Sequence record: PQ471515.1
Direction: 5' to 3' (one strand)
DNA: 64,000 nt
Below, in pieces: positions 1 through 9,142 of the stretch. The notes under the pieces are model-generated. The model ran no database searches. It saw nothing but the letters and a program-made list of their open reading frames with translations, and was not told where the DNA came from. Position 1 is the stretch's first letter. Each line of letters begins with the position of its first letter. The position numbers and the translations under genes were made by a program.

Positions 1-92
1 ACAATTCCACTACCACACACTATGTGCTATCAACCCAGATTATAATACATATAAACTGTACTACATTCTCGCCCTAATATATAGGTACTGAT

Positions 93-278
93 ATGCATAG
101 AGAATACTATATACAATTTGTTAAAGGGAACTACAAACACGCCGTCCCCGTAAACCCCTTAAATTCTAATGACCCAAGTACTATATTCTTGTTCCATGAC
201 GCAATACGTACAGTACTCAATACTAAAGATGAACAGGTGCAGTACGTATTCTTACTATTACTTATATACAGACACTAA
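93..278 (+). CDS. family A small paralog
   Basis: N-term (K/R)EYY motif, hydrophobic C-term, tandem with 4 paralogs. Confidence 0.75.
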   Translation: MHREYYIQFVKGNYKHAVPVNPLNSNDPSTIFLFHDAIRTVLNTKDEQVQYVFLLLLIYRH

Positions 279-283
279 CTAAT

Positions 284-493
284 ATGAATAAAGAACATAA
301 AGAATACTACTCCAAACACCTCAGCCCCTCAGAACAAATGTTTCTAAGGACTACAGCACCTTTAAGTACTGATACTTATTTCGGCAGAGTATGCTACAAT
401 AATTGTATTCAAATGACTTTAAACGCAAACGACAATAATAACAGTACTAACCTGTACTCAGGCATCATAGGTATACTATTTCTATATGAATAA
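284..493 (+). CDS. family A small paralog
   Basis: MNKEHKEYYSKHL start. Confidence 0.8.
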   Translation: MNKEHKEYYSKHLSPSEQMFLRTTAPLSTDTYFGRVCYNNCIQMTLNANDNNNSTNLYSGIIGILFLYE

Positions 494-668
494 AGAACAT
501 AAAGACTTCTATATAAGAAAACTAACATTCGTCCCCGTAAAAATATATAAAGAATGCGACCCAAGATTATACCTATGGCACTTCAATGAGTGCATAAAAG
601 ATTCTATATACCCTAAGAACTATAAAGAACAATTGATCTCAGTACTAACACTAGTACTATCATATTAA
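486..668 (+). CDS. family A small paralog
   Basis: MNKEHKDFYIRKL start. Confidence 0.8.
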   Translation: MNKEHKDFYIRKLTFVPVKIYKECDPRLYLWHFNECIKDSIYPKNYKEQLISVLTLVLSY

Positions 669-681
669 TAGAGATAATACT

Positions 682-873
682 ATGCATAAAGACTATAAAG
701 AGTACTATATAAGTAAACTAAAAGAAAACGAACAAGCATGGGTTAACAATTTAATCCCCCTGGCAATGACTCAATACGAATTTAATATGTGTACAAAGAT
801 TGTTTTAACTAGTAATGATATCTCTAATACGTACTACTTCCTATTAAGAGTACTATATGGTACTTTGAAATAA
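682..873 (+). CDS. family A small paralog
   Basis: KDYKEYYISKL motif. Confidence 0.85.
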   Translation: MHKDYKEYYISKLKENEQAWVNNLIPLAMTQYEFNMCTKIVLTSNDISNTYYFLLRVLYGTLK

Positions 874-884
874 TAAGGTATACT

Positions 885-1091
885 ATGCAGAACATAAAAA
901 ACTATAAAGAGTACTATATAAGTAAACTACCACCGACTGACCAAGCATGGATTAGATCTATAATAGTACTGGCATTTAATAGATATGCATTTAACAGATG
1001 TACCGAGATTGCTATAGACCCTTATAATATTAAAGAGAATGTACAGCATAATCAGTACTACTATATGTTAATGCTTATATATAGGAAGTAA
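885..1091 (+). CDS. family A small paralog
   Basis: KNYKEYYISKL motif, DNA near-identical to start of 682 gene. Confidence 0.85.
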   Translation: MQNIKNYKEYYISKLPPTDQAWIRSIIVLAFNRYAFNRCTEIAIDPYNIKENVQHNQYYYMLMLIYRK

Positions 1092-1398
1092 TTCAACATA
1101 TAGACAGGGGGAAGCTCCGCAGGGAAAGCATTGGACAGGCTTTAACATATGTTATATATGTTAAAATTCAGCCTGGACAAATGCGATCACTAGGATTCTC
1201 CCCAGGCTAAACCCCGTAATCATATGTAGTCATAAGTAATCATATATAAACATTTATATGAGCACCGTAGAATCACAGAATGATTATATATGATTCAGTA
1301 CTGATTAGTATAGACAAGATTACTCAATAATGCTAGGGAAGGATTCAGTACTGCCCCAAAAGTATTCAGTACTGAAGGTGTCGATATCCCACTAAGTA

Positions 1399-1424
1399 GG
1401 CAGAGGAAGTCTGCCGTACTTTTT
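1399..1424 (+). terminator. intrinsic terminator-like hairpin
   Basis: GGCAGA-GGAAG-TCTGCC followed by T-rich tract. Confidence 0.5.
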
Positions 1425-1531
1425 AGTTTCCAAGCTCCTTTTCCATTTTGCAAATTACATCAAATGTAATCAAAAGTAATCACGCAATGATTAGTACTGA
1501 ATTATTACTTTCACCTTAATTTCAATTACCC

Positions 1532-1551
1532 TTTTACCCTTCGGGGTAAAA
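1532..1551. terminator. UUCG hairpin, possibly bidirectional terminator
   Basis: TTTTACCC-TTCG-GGGTAAAA. Confidence 0.45.
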
Positions 1552-1758
1552 TTCCATTACCCCTTGAGGCTCCAGCAAAAAGTTGGTTAGTACTCCATCC
1601 TAAATCTCGATCCTAAAAATTTTGGAGTACCTATGAAATAAAAGTTGGATCTTCGAAAGTTGAAATTTACGTTGGGACGTTTATGATTTGTGGGATATAA
1701 TGATGTTTGTAGTCGAGTAGAGATGAGTATATCAGTACTGAATGGTGAAAGAAAGTTA

Positions 1759-1786
1759 TTGACATTATGATTCAGTACTGTATAAT
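1759..1786 (+). promoter_or_regulatory. sigma70-type promoter with no downstream ORF
   Basis: TTGACA-16 bp-TATAAT followed by GTTCTACAT like the other early promoters. Confidence 0.75.
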
Positions 1787-1791
1787 GTTCT

Positions 1792-2080
1792 ACATAGGGT
1801 GATGAGTTGCTGCGAACAATTCATTTACTCTACCTCCTGTCGTGAGACAGTACAGAAAAGATAGTTCCTCCTGTGGTGGTACATCTTTTTGAACCTCATA
1901 TGAAAATCGTAATAACAGTACTGATATTAACAGAATGGTGTCAGTACTGATTTTAATCTAAAGCATTATGCCACCAGCTTGTGCTGGTGGATTCCCTCTA
2001 ACAGTATTCAGTACTACATGATGGTCTTCATCCTCCTAGGGTAACATAGTGAGGGCTATGATGGCAGTACTGAATACTCC
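1792..2080 (+). ncRNA. candidate structured ncRNA
   Basis: Stems 1803-1823, 1837-1850 (GUGA GNRA loop), 1856-1889, 1971-1990, 2003-2078 downstream of the promoter; no ORF. Confidence 0.4.
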
Positions 2081-2161
2081 CTTTCAAAAGATAGATCTAT
2101 GGTATAGTACTGACGGATTTTGGGTGTAGTTACCCTGGATGGATTTTGGACGTAGATATGT

Positions 2162-2297
2162 CTAGCCCTCCAGAAGTCTGGAAGTAAAGATGGCTATCCA
2201 TCTAGACGGCTAAACGGCTAGATTTCTGGATGGCTAGACGTTTGGACGGCTAAACGGCTAGATGGTTACACGTCTGGAAGTATAGACGGCTAAATCA
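2162..2297. repeat. degenerate 8-bp tandem repeat (consensus about CTRGAYGG)
   Basis: GGCTA at 2192, 2208, 2216, 2232, 2248, 2256, 2288 (all spacings multiples of 8); GACGGCTAAA at 2205, 2245, 2285. Confidence 0.85.
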
Positions 2298-2459
2298 AAA
2301 TTTTATTTTGTTTTTTCCAATAGTTCCCCTACCGCGTGGGGATAGTTTCCCCGCAGTATCTGGAGTTAGATTTTTCTGAATCTGGAATCATTATCTTATA
2401 AACTGGGGGCAATGTCAACGGCCTGGACGGATATTTTTAAAAATTTTTTCAGTACTGAA

Positions 2460-2543
2460 TTTTGGGCGTAACTATGCACCCGGTGGGCTTGAGTCTTTCT
2501 CGACTTGATGGAACTATTATACAGTACTGAAAAAATAAAGCAA
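2460..2543 (-). ncRNA. promoter-driven ORF-less CCCA-NN-GGGTGC element
   Basis: TTGCTT-16-TATAAT on - strand; core GCCCACCGGGTGC 2476-2488. Confidence 0.55.
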
Positions 2544-2577
2544 TACCCTGGAAGCAAAAAAGTTTTAATTAATTTGC

Positions 2578-2660
2578 TTGCTATCCTGGGCCGGACTATG
2601 GTACTATATTTCAGTACTGAGAAAGTGCGTTTACCTGCTAGGGTGCGGGAGTGTATCCTT
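2578..2660 (+). ncRNA. degenerate CCCA-NN-GGGTGC element
   Basis: TTGCTA-18-TACTAT; TAGGGTGCGGGAGTGTATC shared with the 4571 copy. Confidence 0.4.
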
Positions 2661-2675
2661 TTTTTATATCTTGAA

Positions 2676-2759
2676 TTTTGGGCGTAATTCCGCACCCTCT
2701 GGGGTTTCCGCTTTCTCGCGTCTATGTAGTAATTATACGCTTTTTCAGGATCAAGTCAA
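2676..2759 (-). ncRNA. promoter-driven ORF-less CCCA-NN-GGGTGC element
   Basis: TTGACT-16-TATAAT on - strand; core CCCCAGAGGGTGC 2692-2704; TTACGCCCAAAATTC tail shared with the 2460 copy. Confidence 0.55.
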
Positions 2760-3118
2760 TACCTAAAAACAAAATAATTGAAAATAATTTAACGCGTTTA
2801 AACGGCCCGTAAAGCCCTGGAATGATTGGAATGGTGCAAATGTATAGCTTAGGTGTATTAATGCGTTAGAATGCGTCTGAGGCCGTTTTATGGGGTGTAG
2901 TAGTGATTTGGTTGATTCAGTACTGAATAATAGTACTACTATATAGAAAGATAGTTCCCCTGGATGGTTGCAGTACTGAATGATAGTTCCCCTATATAGA
3001 AAGAAAACTATTTTAAAAGTATTTGTAGAAAGTACTTGCAAACTATGTTTAAAGGCGTATAATGTTTTACATCGAGAGCGGGAACACTTCCTGCTACACA
3101 TTACGAGAGATTAAAACG

Positions 3119-3481
3119 ATGGCGACTCAAATCACTAAAATTATTGCTAACCTGGTTAACTTTCGCGACGAGATGAAAGATCTTCCGGCAGAAACGGTAA
3201 AAATTCACATTGCAGCTTATCGGGAACTTATTGCAATGTTACCTCTTAAGCGTGAACAATACGCCGCAACCGTGATGCTTGATGCGATGATCCATAAGAT
3301 GATCGCCAGTGATTTAACGATGGCTTATCAGTACATGGGCGAATTGTTCGCGGTGTATAGTAAACCAGTACCAGGAATGGAAAGTACAGAAGTATTACAC
3401 GGTTTAAATTTAAAACAAGATGCATGGGATAATATGCCTCGTTTCCTGGTATGGGCTGACAGTGGCAAAATTTACGAATAA
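3119..3481 (+). CDS. hypothetical early protein
   Basis: Own promoter, hairpin and RBS; start moved to MATQIT. Confidence 0.85.
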   Translation: MATQITKIIANLVNFRDEMKDLPAETVKIHIAAYRELIAMLPLKREQYAATVMLDAMIHKMIASDLTMAYQYMGELFAVYSKPVPGMESTEVLHGLNLKQDAWDNMPRFLVWADSGKIYE

Positions 3482-3574
3482 GTTTAATAAAGTACTTGCA
3501 AACTATGTTTAATGGCGTATAATGTTTTACATCAGGTGGGGAATAGTTCCCCACTATATAAGAGGATTAAAAAA

Positions 3575-3814
3575 ATGGCTAAATCAAAAATGTTCTTAGG
3601 TCACAAAAACAAAACTCATTGGAATGTAAGCCTTTGGATTAATAACGATGAGTCATTGTACCGGTTGGCTCAGGACTTTATTAACGATAGCACTAATCGC
3701 AATGATGCGGCCCGTCATATGATGTTATTTTTAGAACAGACTGGACAAGATAAAACACCGGACGGATTCAAATATAGCACTACTGCGATCCGTGCTGCAA
3801 TGGTTGGAATGTAA
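3575..3814 (+). CDS. conserved phage hypothetical (HWNVSLWINN), paralog of 5618
   Basis: Promoter and RBS; last ~60 nt nearly identical to the 5618 gene. Confidence 0.9.
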   Translation: MAKSKMFLGHKNKTHWNVSLWINNDESLYRLAQDFINDSTNRNDAARHMMLFLEQTGQDKTPDGFKYSTTAIRAAMVGM

Positions 3815-3899
3815 TAGAATTTATTTAAAGTACTATCATTTTTTGCGATAGTACTTTAAAATAGTGTTTTATTCATACACCAACGATAAGGGCAACAGC

Positions 3900-4166
3900 A
3901 TGAATATTAAGTATTTTGCGACGCGTGAACAAGCTCGGATCGCCGCACGCCAGGACGGGGTAACGTTTAAAGATATGGGCGTACAATCGGAACGTGGTAA
4001 ACGTTGGGCCATTGTAAAGCGTAGTACCGCCAGATCATTACAGTACTGGTTAGCGGCCTTAAAAAGTCCCGATAGTGTATCGCGACGAGTGGTAGAAATA
4101 AAGCTCGACCGAAAGGGCAACCGCGTGACCGTGTACCGTACTAAAAAGATTGCAGTACTTGAATAA
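3900..4166 (+). CDS. hypothetical, paralog of 16705
   Basis: FATRE.ARI.AR and DRKGNRVTVY motifs shared. Confidence 0.85.
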   Translation: MNIKYFATREQARIAARQDGVTFKDMGVQSERGKRWAIVKRSTARSLQYWLAALKSPDSVSRRVVEIKLDRKGNRVTVYRTKKIAVLE

Positions 4167-4253
4167 AAAGTACTTGCAAACTATGTTTAATGGCGTATAA
4201 TGTTTTACATCGAGAGCGGGAACTCTTCCCGCCTATAACCTGGAGTAATAAAA

Positions 4254-4484
4254 ATGACTAATATGTATATGACTGAAGTTAAAACCGTAAAAGATACTAC
4301 CACGAATAAAACTACTTACTTACAGCGGATCTGCGGTGTATGGCAACGTATCAGCAAATCAAAGTACTTTAAATTAACATCATATGCAAACCGTTCGGAT
4401 TCATTCAGTACTGAAATAAAAGGTAATAAAGTACACCAATACGGCACTTATTATTATTATAGCCTGGACGCGATTGCAGTATAA
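4254..4484 (+). CDS. hypothetical early protein
   Basis: Promoter, hairpin, GGAG RBS. Confidence 0.85.
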   Translation: MTNMYMTEVKTVKDTTTNKTTYLQRICGVWQRISKSKYFKLTSYANRSDSFSTEIKGNKVHQYGTYYYYSLDAIAV

Positions 4485-4517
4485 GCAGTTTTTGAAAAAT
4501 ATTTACAATTGCCAGTA

Positions 4518-4600
4518 TTGACTTATTTTGTCAGTACTGGCATAATGTATTCATTGGCAGATAAGCCGTAGCCCATAGGGTGCGGGAGTGTATCTATAGA
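4518..4600 (+). ncRNA. promoter-driven ORF-less CCCA-NN-GGGTGC element
   Basis: TTGACT-17-CATAAT; core GCCCATAGGGTGC 4571-4583. Confidence 0.55.
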
Positions 4601-4614
4601 AAAAGTAGTTTATT

Positions 4615-4690
4615 ACAGTTACAATTGTGCACCCGGTGGGTTAGCTGTTGTCATGGGGTATATTATGCCAGTACTTGATAATGCTGTCAA
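4615..4690 (-). ncRNA. promoter-driven ORF-less CCCA-NN-GGGTGC element, convergent with the previous copy
   Basis: TTGACA-17-CATAAT on - strand; core ACCCACCGGGTGC 4629-4641. Confidence 0.55.
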
Positions 4691-4771
4691 TACTTTTTTT
4701 TACTATTCAGTACTGAAAACTATTTTTAAAAAGTACTTGCAAACTATGTTTAAAGGCGTATAATGTTTTAC

Positions 4772-4846
4772 ATCAGGACGGGGAACGAAATAAGTAACTT
4801 CCCGTTAAGTAGCCCAGGAGTAAGGCACACGAAAAACTCCCCTGAT
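4772..4846 (+). ncRNA. three-way-junction leader/sRNA element, copy 1
   Basis: ATCAGG/CCTGAT closing stem; ACGGG/CCCGT and GGAGT/ACTCC stems; lies between two promoters. Confidence 0.5.
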
Positions 4847-4914
4847 AAAATAGTTTGACAAATGTTTTTAAAAGCGTATAATACTTACATCAACTACTGA
4901 ATGAGGGTTACAAA

Positions 4915-5526
4915 ATGAAAACTATCACTACTACTACTTATGTTATGGCTTTTTCTGAATTGAACGCAGAACAACAAACGTCAGCTATCGAACTGGTTCG
5001 GGAACGTGAAAAAAACTTAAACGATGATTATTTTTCTGAAAGTGAAATTGAATACTATAAAGAAACAGTACTACCGGAATATGGCATTAATGACGCTGAT
5101 TTACGTTTCAGTGGCTTTTGGTCCCAGGGTGACGGTGCATCAATCAGTACTGACCACGTTGACGCAGTGAAGTTTTTACGCAAGGTAAGAGCATTAACTA
5201 AGTATCGCTCAATCCGTCACCTTCTGAATGAAGATGATTTGGCGATGAGTGTAAAGCGTTCTCACTCCCACTACTCGCATGAGAATACTGTAAGCGGGTA
5301 CATTGAATCGGCTTACACTGATTTAACCGCAAAACAAGAAACGTTAGTTAATGAGCTTGAGGAACTACTCACTGAAACTATTCGTGAATTATCCCGCAAG
5401 TTGTACCGTGATTTAGAGAATGCATATGAGGATCAATTCACTACTGAAAACATTACGGCACTGATTGAGGGTAACGAATATCAATTCAATGTCATTGATG
5501 GTGTAGTAGAATCAATCGAATATTAA
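4915..5526 (+). CDS. acidic conserved phage hypothetical protein
   Basis: 203 aa ORF with promoter and GAGG RBS. Confidence 0.9.
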   Translation: MKTITTTTYVMAFSELNAEQQTSAIELVREREKNLNDDYFSESEIEYYKETVLPEYGINDADLRFSGFWSQGDGASISTDHVDAVKFLRKVRALTKYRSIRHLLNEDDLAMSVKRSHSHYSHENTVSGYIESAYTDLTAKQETLVNELEELLTETIRELSRKLYRDLENAYEDQFTTENITALIEGNEYQFNVIDGVVESIEY

Positions 5527-5617
5527 TTTAAAAAGTACTTGCAAACTAAGTTTAAAGGCGTATAATACTTTATATCGAGGCGGGGAGTGGTTCCCCGCTC
5601 AAACGAGGATTAAAAAA

Positions 5618-5857
5618 ATGGCTAGTACTAAAACTTACAACGGACACAAAAACAAAACTCATTGGAATGTTTCCTTATGGATTAATAACGGTGAGTCATT
5701 GTATCGGCTTGCTCAAAGTTGCATCGCACAAAGTAGAACTAAAGATATTGCAGCGGAATGTATGTACCGCAGATTAAAAGCCAACGGTACTACTACAACG
5801 CCGGACGGATTCAAGTATAGCACTACTGCGATCCGTGCTGCAATGGTTGGAATGTAA
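5618..5857 (+). CDS. conserved phage hypothetical (HWNVSLWINN), paralog of 3575
   Basis: Promoter, hairpin, RBS. Confidence 0.9.
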   Translation: MASTKTYNGHKNKTHWNVSLWINNGESLYRLAQSCIAQSRTKDIAAECMYRRLKANGTTTTPDGFKYSTTAIRAAMVGM

Positions 5858-5915
5858 TATTCAGTACTGTAACAATGGCGGGGAATGGTTCCCGCCTTTA
5901 TTGAGGGTTTATCTA

Positions 5916-6176
5916 ATGAGTAAAGTAATTAACTATACAGTACTAAGCAAGTCATTATCTATCAGTCATTGCACCGATGGTTATTGGCTATTTGATGAAA
6001 CGCGTGGAATGAATTTAGCTATGCGTGCAAAAACTGCTGAGGCGGCGTATCTTGAGGCACTGGAATACTACCAGGAACGTTTAACGGAAGTAGAAGAAGA
6101 TTATAAAAGCCTCAAAGCGAAAGTAGATCATTTCGTCGGTCAATTCATCGAGGAAGACGACGACAAACAATATTGA
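5916..6176 (+). CDS. hypothetical, acidic coiled-coil C-terminus
   Basis: GAGG RBS; start moved to MSKVIN. Confidence 0.8.
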   Translation: MSKVINYTVLSKSLSISHCTDGYWLFDETRGMNLAMRAKTAEAAYLEALEYYQERLTEVEEDYKSLKAKVDHFVGQFIEEDDDKQY

Positions 6177-6264
6177 AAAAAAGTACTTGCAATTAGTTTT
6201 CAGTACTGTATAATGGTTTACATCAAAGGGAGAAATGGTTCTCCCTGGTAATGAGGAAAATAAA

Positions 6265-6486
6265 ATGGCTAATATCACTACTCTTTCCCAACTGGAAGCA
6301 CTGGTTAAATCTATGCGGGAACATGCCGACAAAATCGGCGTACAAGATCCAGCCGTTTGCTTCTGCGACGAATTGAATGATGATACCCTGGTAATAGCAG
6401 AAGTCCAGGACGTTTCTAACTATTCCTCGCGTTACACTGGCGGCGTAGCAAATAAAGGTGACTTCTGTTTATACCTTACAAAATAA
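6265..6486 (+). CDS. hypothetical early protein
   Basis: Promoter, hairpin, GAGG RBS. Confidence 0.85.
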   Translation: MANITTLSQLEALVKSMREHADKIGVQDPAVCFCDELNDDTLVIAEVQDVSNYSSRYTGGVANKGDFCLYLTK

Positions 6487-6491
6487 CAACG

Positions 6492-6521
6492 CGGGGAGAT
6501 AATAACTCCCCGTTACTTTTT
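6492..6521 (+). terminator. intrinsic terminator
   Basis: CGGGGAG/CTCCCCG stem then TTACTTTTT. Confidence 0.55.
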
Positions 6522-6539
6522 CAGTACTGAATCATTTAA

Positions 6540-6621
6540 TAGACGGATCTCGGCACCCGGTGGGTTAGTGACTGTTTCGTCTTGATGTAGTAATTATGCC
6601 AGTACTGGATGCACTTGTCAA
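6540..6621 (-). ncRNA. promoter-driven ORF-less CCCA-NN-GGGTGC element
   Basis: TTGACA-17-CATAAT on - strand; core 6553-6565. Confidence 0.55.
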
Positions 6622-6729
6622 CAACTATTTTTCAAATACTTTTTATTAAAATACTTGCAATTAGTTTTTAAACGCGTATAATGTTTTGCATAGGGGGAGC
6701 GGTTCCCCTGGTAACTAAGGAATAAGAAA

Positions 6730-6966
6730 ATGGTCGAACAAATCAAATCAACGTCTTCGAATGTAACGGGAACGGTAGCACACTTTACTAGTGATGAATC
6801 GCGGGGCGTTCCCTATTGTGCTGTACATGTAAACACTGAGGGTAACTACTGGTTTACGGTTTACGGATCTTATTCATTTGGTCGCCCTGGACATCAAAAA
6901 ATTCTGGATAAAGTACAACCAACGGGTAAAAATATCACTGCCGAAATGTTTTATAAAAAATCATAA
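6730..6966 (+). CDS. hypothetical early protein
   Basis: Promoter, hairpin, AAGG RBS. Confidence 0.85.
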   Translation: MVEQIKSTSSNVTGTVAHFTSDESRGVPYCAVHVNTEGNYWFTVYGSYSFGRPGHQKILDKVQPTGKNITAEMFYKKS

Positions 6967-7050
6967 AGTACTTGCAATTAGTTTTTAGTACTGTATAATA
7001 TTTTACATCGCAAGGGGGAGCGGTTCCCCCTGGTAACTAAGGATAATCAA

Positions 7051-7350
7051 ATGAAAATTGCAATCATCGCCCTGGCTTTATCTGTTTCCTCTTTCGCTGT
7101 TAATGCGTCATTAGATGTAAGTAGTGAAAAATTCATTCAGTGCACTGTTGCAATGACCGATGAAAGAACTGGCGAGATTGTATTAAAGGATTTAGAGATC
7201 CAGCCGGAAGCATTTAAAAACGGCCCGTTCCATGAAGAAGACGAAAACGGTAGCACAACAATTTATTATGATGCCAGTACTAAACGCGGTTCGGTCACTG
7301 TTATGGATACTGAGAAAGTAACTCATACTGGCGTTATTAATTGCCGTTGA
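7051..7350 (+). CDS. hypothetical exported protein
   Basis: Signal-peptide-like MKIAIIALALSVSSFAVNA. Confidence 0.85.
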   Translation: MKIAIIALALSVSSFAVNASLDVSSEKFIQCTVAMTDERTGEIVLKDLEIQPEAFKNGPFHEEDENGSTTIYYDASTKRGSVTVMDTEKVTHTGVINCR

Positions 7351-7371
7351 TATATACTACGGGGTAACATC

Positions 7372-7602
7372 ATGACTAAGCGAATTGTTTTACTTAACGA
7401 AAGCAGTACTACACAACTACTTAACGCCGTGCATTATGATATTGAAACGAGCGTTAATCTTATCAGTACTGTAGTACTATTGGACACTGGAAAGGTCGCC
7501 AATGAAAAAGCTATTGCAGGTGTACTAACTGATCTCAAGCCTGGTAGCAGTACACCCATAACGTTAAATGATAAAGTGTTTAATGTTTTAATTACTGAAT
7601 AA
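7372..7602 (+). CDS. hypothetical protein
   Basis: ORF with RBS, followed by terminator. Confidence 0.8.
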   Translation: MTKRIVLLNESSTTQLLNAVHYDIETSVNLISTVVLLDTGKVANEKAIAGVLTDLKPGSSTPITLNDKVFNVLITE

Positions 7603-7608
7603 GTACAT

Positions 7609-7631
7609 AGCCCACCTGGTGGGCTTTTTTG
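7609..7631 (+). terminator. intrinsic terminator
   Basis: AGCCCAC/GTGGGCT stem and T tract. Confidence 0.85.
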
Positions 7632-7719
7632 TTTTTGTAGTATCGTAGTACTGAGATACTTTGAAAATAGTTTTAAAAAAGTAGTTGACATTACCGCAGA
7701 AAAGCGTAGAATGTATTAC

Positions 7720-7778
7720 ATCAAGACGGGGAGCACTAAGTAGACCGCCAGTAAGTCGAACGAAAAACTGGACACGTC
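7720..7778 (+). ncRNA. three-way-junction element, divergent copy in the 5' leader of the H-NS-like gene
   Basis: TAAGTAG linker and AAG-N4-ACGAAAA loop kept; stem is CCAGT/ACTGG. Confidence 0.4.
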
Positions 7779-7835
7779 GAGAAAACTTTGATACACTAAT
7801 AAACGTAAACTAAACTTTAATTGAGGATTTATAAA

Positions 7836-8318
7836 ATGGCTAATGTAAAATCATTCATCAAAGCACTGGTAGCAAATGAAACTAACGTCGCGGCAGAGAT
7901 CCTGGCTGAACTGGATAACGATACCATGAAAGCGGTACGCAATAATTTTAACATCGCGTACAGTACTGCGAAAGAACTACAAGCAAATAAAGCGGCAGAA
8001 ATTGAAGCGGCAAAGGCGGCCCGTGAAGCAGAACTACAAGCAACAATCGAAAGTATTCAGGCGGCAGTAGTTGGATTGGATCTGGAAGTAGTTACAGAGA
8101 TGGCACAAAAAGCCCTGGCGGTTAAGTATGGGGAAGACAAGCCAGAAGTAAAAGCCAAAAAATGGATTCAGGAACGCGTAGCGGTAGTACTGGACAACGG
8201 GGAAGAATATCTGATTCCGGTGCGTGGTAACTGCATTGCGGTAGTACTGGATGCGATTAACTCCAGTGGTATGACTCGCGAGGAATGGATCGAAGCTCAT
8301 CGCAAAGTTGAAGCATAA
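7836..8318 (+). CDS. H-NS-like protein with altered DNA-binding motif
   Basis: Coiled-coil N-term; C-term DNGEEYLIPVRGNCIAVVLDAINSSGMTREEWI aligns by eye with H-NS [33 protein letters not shown]. Confidence 0.55.
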   Translation: MANVKSFIKALVANETNVAAEILAELDNDTMKAVRNNFNIAYSTAKELQANKAAEIEAAKAAREAELQATIESIQAAVVGLDLEVVTEMAQKALAVKYGEDKPEVKAKKWIQERVAVVLDNGEEYLIPVRGNCIAVVLDAINSSGMTREEWIEAHRKVEA

Positions 8319-8339
8319 CAATTAAAGTACTGAATCACT

Positions 8340-8365
8340 AGCCCACTGTATAAGTGGGCTTTTTT
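8340..8365 (+). terminator. intrinsic terminator
   Basis: AGCCCACT/AGTGGGCT stem and T tract. Confidence 0.85.
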
Positions 8366-8602
8366 GTGTTTATCGTTTACCAGTCCACCAGCACCGCCTA
8401 GAATCGATTCTAACGCATTAAACTGATTATCTGATGCATTGCCCTAGCTGGTGGCGTTAAGGCTGTAAGAACGCGATTGAGTGCGTTTAAAGTATTTTGC
8501 AAAAAGTAATAAAAAGTACTTGCACGATTAAGAGATTAGCGTATAATGTTTTACATCGAGAGGGGGAAACGGTTCTCCTTCCAAATCAAAGGAATCAAAA
8601 CA

Positions 8603-8830
8603 ATGGCTATCGTAATCACTCGCGTATCTGGTACAGTTGGCAATGCGGCAGTAGTAGCGGTTATCACTAACAAGAAAGGTGCGGAACTACATTTTGCAAT
8701 GTATAACTGGTCAGTTGATGAGTTTGGTCAGTACGCTAGTGTAGAATACATTGAAACCTATCAAGTGCCGTCGATTAGTTTAACTGATTTGGGCGTTGAG
8801 CGTATCCTTTGCCTGGATGAATTAAATTAA
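8603..8830 (+). CDS. hypothetical early protein
   Basis: Promoter, hairpin, AGGA RBS. Confidence 0.85.
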   Translation: MAIVITRVSGTVGNAAVVAVITNKKGAELHFAMYNWSVDEFGQYASVEYIETYQVPSISLTDLGVERILCLDELN

Positions 8831-8916
8831 AAAAGTACTTGCAAAGTAAATCAGATAAAGTATAATACATTACATCAAGGGGAGAAATGGTTCTCCCTGA
8901 TAATGAGGAAACTAAT

Positions 8917-9060
8917 ATGAAAACTTGTCAATGTGGTAAAAAATCTATTACTGGTTTAAAGCGGGGCGTTGCTCTTTGTCAGTACCATTATAATTTACAA
9001 GTATGGGGTAAAGAATGGGCCGACCAGGTGGAAGCTGTAAAGAAAGCAAAAAGTAAGTAA
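8917..9060 (+). CDS. small putative zinc-finger protein (CxC...CxxH), 47 aa
   Basis: Own promoter, GAGG RBS; below ORF-track cutoff. Confidence 0.75.
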   Translation: MKTCQCGKKSITGLKRGVALCQYHYNLQVWGKEWADQVEAVKKAKSK

Positions 9061-9142
9061 AAATATTATCACAGTACTATTGACATAGTTTGATAGTACT
9101 GGCATAATAGATTTTATCAAGACAACTAAGAGGAAACAAAAA

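Larger units (their letters stand above)
1092..3035. other. ORF-free structured intergenic region, candidate genome-end/terminal-repeat boundary
   Basis: About 1.9 kb without a credible CDS; many hairpins, tandem repeats and ORF-less promoters. Confidence 0.55.

Noticed and set aside
2321-2357. GTTCCCCTACCGCGTGGGGATAG resembles a type I-E CRISPR repeat hairpin
   Set aside because: Single copy, no repeat-spacer periodicity, and ATAGTTCCCC matches the phage's own leader-hairpin arm. Not called CRISPR; a solitary repeat mimic cannot be excluded without an alignment to host repeats.
2396-3101. ORFs 2396-2695(-), 2505-2687(+), 2578-2766(+), 2763-3101(-)
   Set aside because: No RBS, mutually overlapping, and they run across promoters and repeat elements.
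4772-4846. Three-way junction with CGAAA suggested a hammerhead ribozyme
   Set aside because: The CUGANGA core is not present in the required position on either strand.
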